Assembly (NCBI RefSeq): GCF_009914755.1 | Contig: NC_060930.1 | Source: the human T2T-CHM13v2.0 reference genome, Homo sapiens | Length of the DNA stretch: 64,000 nucleotides | Direction: 5' to 3' (one strand) | Part shown: in pieces, positions 57,900-64,000 of the stretch | Position numbering within the stretch: the first letter of the stretch is position 1 | How the letters are laid out: each line of letters opens with the position of its first letter | Translations under genes and position numbers: made by a program | The notes under the pieces: model-generated | The model's input: only the letters and a program-made list of their open reading frames with translations | What the model was told of the DNA's origin: nothing | Database searches by the model: none

Positions 57900-59830
57900 A
57901 ACAATGAAACAAGCAGTACCAACAATAACAAATTAGAAAATTTTAAAAATAAAAATATAATAGATACATAATAAAAAAAATTACAAAAGCAAATAATTTT
58001 AAAAAGAAAAAGAATAACAATCATAACAATCAAATGCCTAGGAATAAAGATAACAAGAAATGAGCTGAGCCGATATTTTAAAAAAACAATTTCTTTGGAA
58101 AAGCTTAGTATTCAAAGACATTAGTTTTAAAGAAAAAATATACAGGCAAATACTAAGGTAAACATTGAGTAAGCTATCAATTTTTGTCAAATTCAGCTAT
58201 AAATTTACTAGAATACTAATATGAATACAGAAGAAAGAGAATGAGAGAGATAGCAGGGAGAGTCATAAAAGGAGGGAATTAATGTTTCAGGATGAGAAGC
58301 TTCAACACCTTAATATGTACATTGTTACCAAAGGTAAACTAAATGAATTTCTCCCAAAATGGCAGTAGATATGAGTTCCTCTTTCATCATTCTTTCTCTA
58401 TTTTTTGTAATTTTTGTCTTTCTTCTTTTGAGGTAAGGGATTTGACAAAGTGGTTATTTAGGTGAAGACATTCGTTGAGTAACCAAGTTAATTGTGAGAA
58501 AGATATCAATAAATATTATAAGGTGCTAGCAAGTAAATCACTGTAGTATATTGACATAGAAATAGAAACACATTAGCAAACAAAATGTAAAGCCCAGAAA
58601 CAGGTCCAATATAGATATGAGAATTTAATATTAAATATATCTGACATTACCAATAAGTGGAATAAAAATGGATTACTGAATAAATGGTTTGAGGATATTT
58701 GACTATCCACTGGGGAAAAAAGTGTCTTTTGCAAATAAAGAAGAGATAAAATGAATTTCAGATAAATTAAAAATTTAGAGAAAAAGTAGAACTGTAAATG
58801 TCATGTACTCGAACTGTAAATGTTCAAGGATATGTTTATAATCGTAGGTTAGAAATAGCCTTTTTGTTCTGACTTCAAGGTGCACATTTTTTTAAATGCT
58901 GCATTTGGTTCATATTTTTAAATTATATTTTTCAGAAGACATGAACAAAGTTGAAAAATCAATGAAGAAGTGAAAATATGTATATTTATTTTAAGTGTTA
59001 CAAAATGTGACTCTCCTTAGAATATGAGGAGTCTCTACAAATTATTAGAAGAATGACAAATAGCCCAAAAGTAAAACAAAGAATTTAACTTTGAGAAGAT
59101 GTTTGTCCTTTTTTTTGTACAAATGAGTAAAAATAACAGAAGTAAATATAAATATCAAATAAAACAGATGAAGGGTTGCTATTAACTATGGGAATGTAAA
59201 TCAAAATAAGAAAATATGACTTTGGATAAAATTGAAAATCTTTTTCATGCCTCATATTATTAAAAGTGATGGGAAACAGACACTCATACAGTTGGGTTGG
59301 GGGTACAAATTGGCTAAAAATTACAGAAGGACAATTTTGTTAAGTGTAACAAATGTAAAATGTGACTAATCAATTATAGATCTAGGAATTTCTTAAAGGG
59401 ATACTAATAGAATATGTTCAAGATGTTCAGGACTATTCATCATAACACTGATAGCAATTGTTAAAAATTTTAAATATTCATCTATGAAGAATTAAAAACG
59501 TACAATACATCCTTAATATAAAGTAGTCTTTAGCTGTGAAAAAATAAGATACAGCTGTTCCTTATATACACAAATGGAGACATGTATGCAATAATTAAGG
59601 CAAGAAAACACGGTGCAGTATAGTAAATATGTGTGTATACACATAGGTAAATTCATACACATAGGTGTCATAAATATTTTATATATATAAAATTCTCATA
59701 TGATATATATTAGACTGGGAATAGTAATTTATATTACTGTTGGGATTTGAGGGGAACATGTTACTCTATTACCAATTTTTGTAAAAATCTGTTTTACATA
59801 TATAATTGTAAAATTAAAACAATTAAGTAT
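57900..59830 (+). mobile_element. Ancient L1ME relics
   Basis: aaatgcctaggaataaa, aaagcccagaaacag, aataaatggtttgaggat degraded ORF2-3' motifs. Confidence 0.6.
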
Positions 59831-59934
59831 TTTAGTTATTGGGAAATGAACCTCATTCCTAACTAATCCAGTACTGTTGAGAATAATGTTAGCTAACATT
59901 TATTGATATCCAGTTGTGAAGCACTCTTGGCAAG

Positions 59935-60260
59935 TTTTTGTTTGTTTTTTTGTTTTTGTTTTGTTTTGTTTGTTTGAGATGGAGTCTCACTGTGTCGCCC
60001 AGGCTGAAGTTCAGTGGCGCAATCTCGGCTCACTGCCAGCTCCACCTCCTGAGGTTCACACCATTCTCCCACCTCGACCTCCCAAGTAGCTGGGACTACA
60101 GGTGCCCGCCACCACGCCTGGCTAATTTTATTTCTGTATTTTTAGTAGAGACGGGTTTCACCGTGTTAGCCAGCTTGGTCTCTATCTCCTGACTTCGTGA
60201 TCCGCCCATCTCGGCCTCCCAAAGTGCTGGGATTACAGGCTTGAGCCACCGCGCCTGGCC
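59935..60260 (-). mobile_element. AluY with (TTTG)-type tail
   Basis: ccgtgttagccag and tcgtgatccgccc diagnostics. Confidence 0.9.
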
Positions 60261-60379
60261 TCTTCTCAAGTATCTTACATGCCTAATCTTATTACTCCTA
60301 ACAATAGCACTGGGAGTAAACTCCCCAGATTTCAGAGAAGAAAAATGAGTCACATAATACTTTAAAAGTTTGCTTGATC

Positions 60380-60676
60380 GGCCGGACACGGTGGTTCATG
60401 CCTGTAATCCCAGCACTTTGGGAGGCCGATGCAGGTGTATCACGAGGTCAGGAGTTGGAGACCAGCCTGGCCAACATGGTGAAACCCCGTCTCTACTAAA
60501 AAAAAAAAAAAAAAAAAAAAATTCGCCAGGCATGGTGGCGAGCGCCTGTAATCCTAGCTACTCGGGAGGCTGAGGCAGGAAAATGGCTTGAGGTTGCAGT
60601 GAGCTGAGATCATGCCACTGCACTCTAGCCTGGGCAACAGAGCAAGACTCCATCTCAAAAAAAAAAAAAAAAAAAA
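60380..60676 (+). mobile_element. AluSg-like with a 24-A middle tract and a small right-arm deletion
   Basis: atcacgaggtcaggagttggag; TSD gtttgcttgatc. Confidence 0.9.
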
Positions 60677-60883
60677 TGTTTGCTTGATCAAACAACTAGG
60701 AAGCTTGGGAGCCAGGATTCAAAACTAAGCAGTTCAACCCAAGAGTTATTTTCTAAACATCTATCTTGTATTGAGGGTGAATAAAAAATATCATACTTTA
60801 TTTATAAGATGGAGTTAAGAGGTGTCCTGTCCTCACCCCAAAGATGTATCTTCTTTATTTAGATGATGGCACAACCTTTGTTA

Positions 60884-61239
<356 letters not shown>

Positions 61240-61899
61240 ACTGACATATTTAATTGTAGTGTAAGCTAGATTCTCCCTATAGTTCTCACCTATTGATCCA
61301 AGTTCTAATGTCTAAAACAACAATGAATCGAAAATAAATATACTCCTTCTTTTATATGGTAGTCTTTCAATCTCTGGATGAATAGATAAATAGATTTCTT
61401 CTTTGTCTTTACTTCATGCTAAATAAACATATCTTTATTTCTAATATAATATTGTTTCAAAATTGTACAGCCTGGTATCCTTCCTGGATATGCCAGTTTG
61501 TCAAGTCAATAATCTGGAGGAGACAATTCCTTTCCTTTCACCAGAGTCCTTAGGCTGAACAAAATGAGTGGAATGGCAAGTAGACAGAAAAAATAAATAC
61601 AATCTCAGAGTCATATAAAAATACAGTTAGCCCTTTCCACTACCAAAATGCGCAGACACCAAAATTCACTGAAACATAATCATTAAAGTAACATCTGACA
61701 GCATCGGTGCACGTGAAGATTTGCAATGGATGTTTTCTAGAATAAAGAGAGACCAGTATTAAAGGAATTCATTTGTCTAAAAGCAAGCAAGCAAACAAAT
61801 GGAAGGCACCTCCTGTATAGTGCAGGGTTAGTGGAATATACAGGAAATTAGAAGCAATAAAAAGCACAGTATATATGTGATGCTAGAAAGTATTCTTGT

Positions 61900-62300
61900 A
61901 GAAATTACTCATGTATTCACTATACATTGATCATCTTCCATGTGCCATACACTATACCAATATCCCAAAGAGCTGATAATCTGGTGGGAGCAGATGGATG
62001 CATATGAATAAACCAAAGTGCAATGAAAGGTGGGAATACAAGTATAGACAAAGTACTGTTGGAGCCCTGGGAAGGCACATGTACTTGCCCAAGAAGGTGG
62101 GGTTTGTTGGTAGAGAAAAAAGAACTCATAATCAAGAATTATAATTATATTGAGAAAGAAGTTGAGAAGTCATTCCCAAGTTGTGAGCAATAGGGTGATG
62201 AAATGAAAATTGCAACTCAGGAAATATTTCTACGACTGGGTATAGGGATAAGCAGAAACAGGGAGACAGCTTGCGGCCTTTTGCAAAATAAACAAATGCT
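61900..62300 (-). mobile_element. L2 fragment
   Basis: ttgatcatcttccatgtgccatacact...aaagagctgataatctggtggg. Confidence 0.5.
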
Positions 62301-62443
62301 CACTAGAACTTAAACTAAAACTATGTGGAGAAAAAGTATAGAGTCAAACATCAGAGTTGGGAAAACAAAGTATATTTAAACCTATTTAAATTATAACGTA
62401 GAATTTTAATCTAAATGTTTACTTAGGCAGCCAAATTACCAAC

Positions 62444-62932
62444 TATATTGGTTTTCTTTTGCTGATGCAATAAATGACCAAGTATTTAATGGTTTAAAAC
62501 AGCACAATTTTATTATCTTCTAATTATGTAGATCAGAAATTTGACATGGATCTCACTGGGCTATGATCAAGGGGTCAGTAAGGCTATGTATTTTTCTGGA
62601 GGCTTGAGAGGAAAGTCCATTTCCCTGTCTTTTCTAGCTTCTAGAGGTCACCCACTTTCTTTGGTGTATGGCCCCTTTCTCCAGCAACAACTGGTGGAGT
62701 CCTCATGCTGCCACCCTCTGATTCTTCCTCTTCTGCTTCCCGCTTCCACTTTTAAGGACTCCTGTGATTATATTGAGCTCACCTAGATAAACCAGGATAA
62801 TTTTCCTACTTTAATATCAACTGATTAGCAACCTCAATCTATCTACAACCTTAATTTTTCTTTGTCAAATAACCTAACATACAGAATAGGACTTGAATAT
62901 CCCTGGGGGCTGTTGTTATACTTTCCATCCCA
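62444..62932 (-). mobile_element. MLT1D-like LTR
   Basis: ttctagcttctagagg, ttttaaggactcctgtgattatattg, ctgattagcaacct. Confidence 0.8.
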
Positions 62933-63026
62933 GCAAACCAATGAATCTTAATAGCTCTAATACAGACTAAATATACAATGATAACATTTATTTAAAAACA
63001 TGACTTCTTTTTGTCAAACTGAAATA

Positions 63027-63567
63027 CAATAGTTACCCCTTATCCACAGGGAATACATTCCAGGAGCCCCAATGGATACCTGCAAACTGAGAATACTGAA
63101 CTGTATATATACTATGTGTTTTTCCTACTCATACATACCTATGATAAATTTTAATTTCTAAATTAGGCACAGTAAGAGATTAGCAACAATAACTAGTAGT
63201 AAAATAGAACAATCACAAAAATATGTTAGCATCACTACTCTTGTGCTTTGGGGTCATTATTAAGTAAAATAAGGGTTATTTGAACACAAGCACTGAAATA
63301 TCATTATAGTTGATCTAATGACTGAGAGGGCTACTAGGTTACTCATGGAAAGAGAAAGTCTACAATGTGGATCTGCTGGACAGATAATTCATGTCCAGAG
63401 GAGGAGAGTGCAGGATAGCCAAAATTTCATCATGCTACTCAGAGTAGCACAATTTAAAACTTGTGACTTGTTTATTTCTGTAATTTGCCATTTGATTTTT
63501 TTTTTTTTTTTGGACAGTGAGTGACTGAAACCATGTAAAGTGGAACCATGGTAAAGGGAGACAACTG
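63027..63567. mobile_element. MER44B (TcMar-Tigger MITE)
   Basis: TIR-like ends caatagttaccccttatcc / ggtaaagggagacaactg; internal aaattaggcacagtaagagatt. Confidence 0.85.
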
Positions 63568-63594
63568 TTTAGGAATATTTAAAATAATAGATCA

Positions 63595-63901
<307 letters not shown>

Positions 63902-64000
63902 TCAAATAATTGCAAAAGGCAGAATGAATTAAGTGGATATACAAATAAGATCATATAAGAATTTTGGACCTCCTGAAAGAAGTTTAATGCTCTAACATCT

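Larger units (their letters stand above)
59885..60750 (-). mobile_element. MIR split by two Alus
   Basis: agctaacatttattga ... cccagatttcagagaag ... ggagccaggattcaaaac collinear. Confidence 0.65.

Noticed and set aside
55812-58825. Short direct repeats (tccaagaacatt x2 at ~55812; gaactgtaaatgt x2 at ~58790)
   Set aside because: Ordinary slippage duplications within old L1 sequence.

Overview
AT-rich, CpG-depleted primate (human-like) non-coding DNA dominated by transposable elements. I find no protein-coding gene, RNA gene, CpG island or CRISPR array. Every ORF in the track is an L1/Alu/LTR fragment or a short chance ORF. The window is a layered TE record: a hAT transposase relic; two heavily decayed ERVL proviruses, one reconstructable as gag-pro-pol-IN-dUTPase across three later insertions; about ten L1 pieces (L1M, L1PB, L1PA; three L1-in-L1 nestings); about eleven Alu/FLAM copies; L2 and MIR relics; solo LTRs (MLT1, THE1D, MER21, MER39, LTR15, LTR47-like); and MER58/MER44/MER5 DNA transposons. 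The most unusual structures are a 139-bp templated copy of nearby L2 DNA inside an Alu, an LTR47-like U3-R segment that looks L1-retrocopied (A-tail plus long TSD), a perfect 74-bp tandem duplication, a twin-primed L1 inversion and an RT-deleted L1PB. I see no evidence for a new biological system beyond these mutational and TE events. Subfamily names come from recalled consensus sequences and need RepeatMasker/Dfam confirmation.
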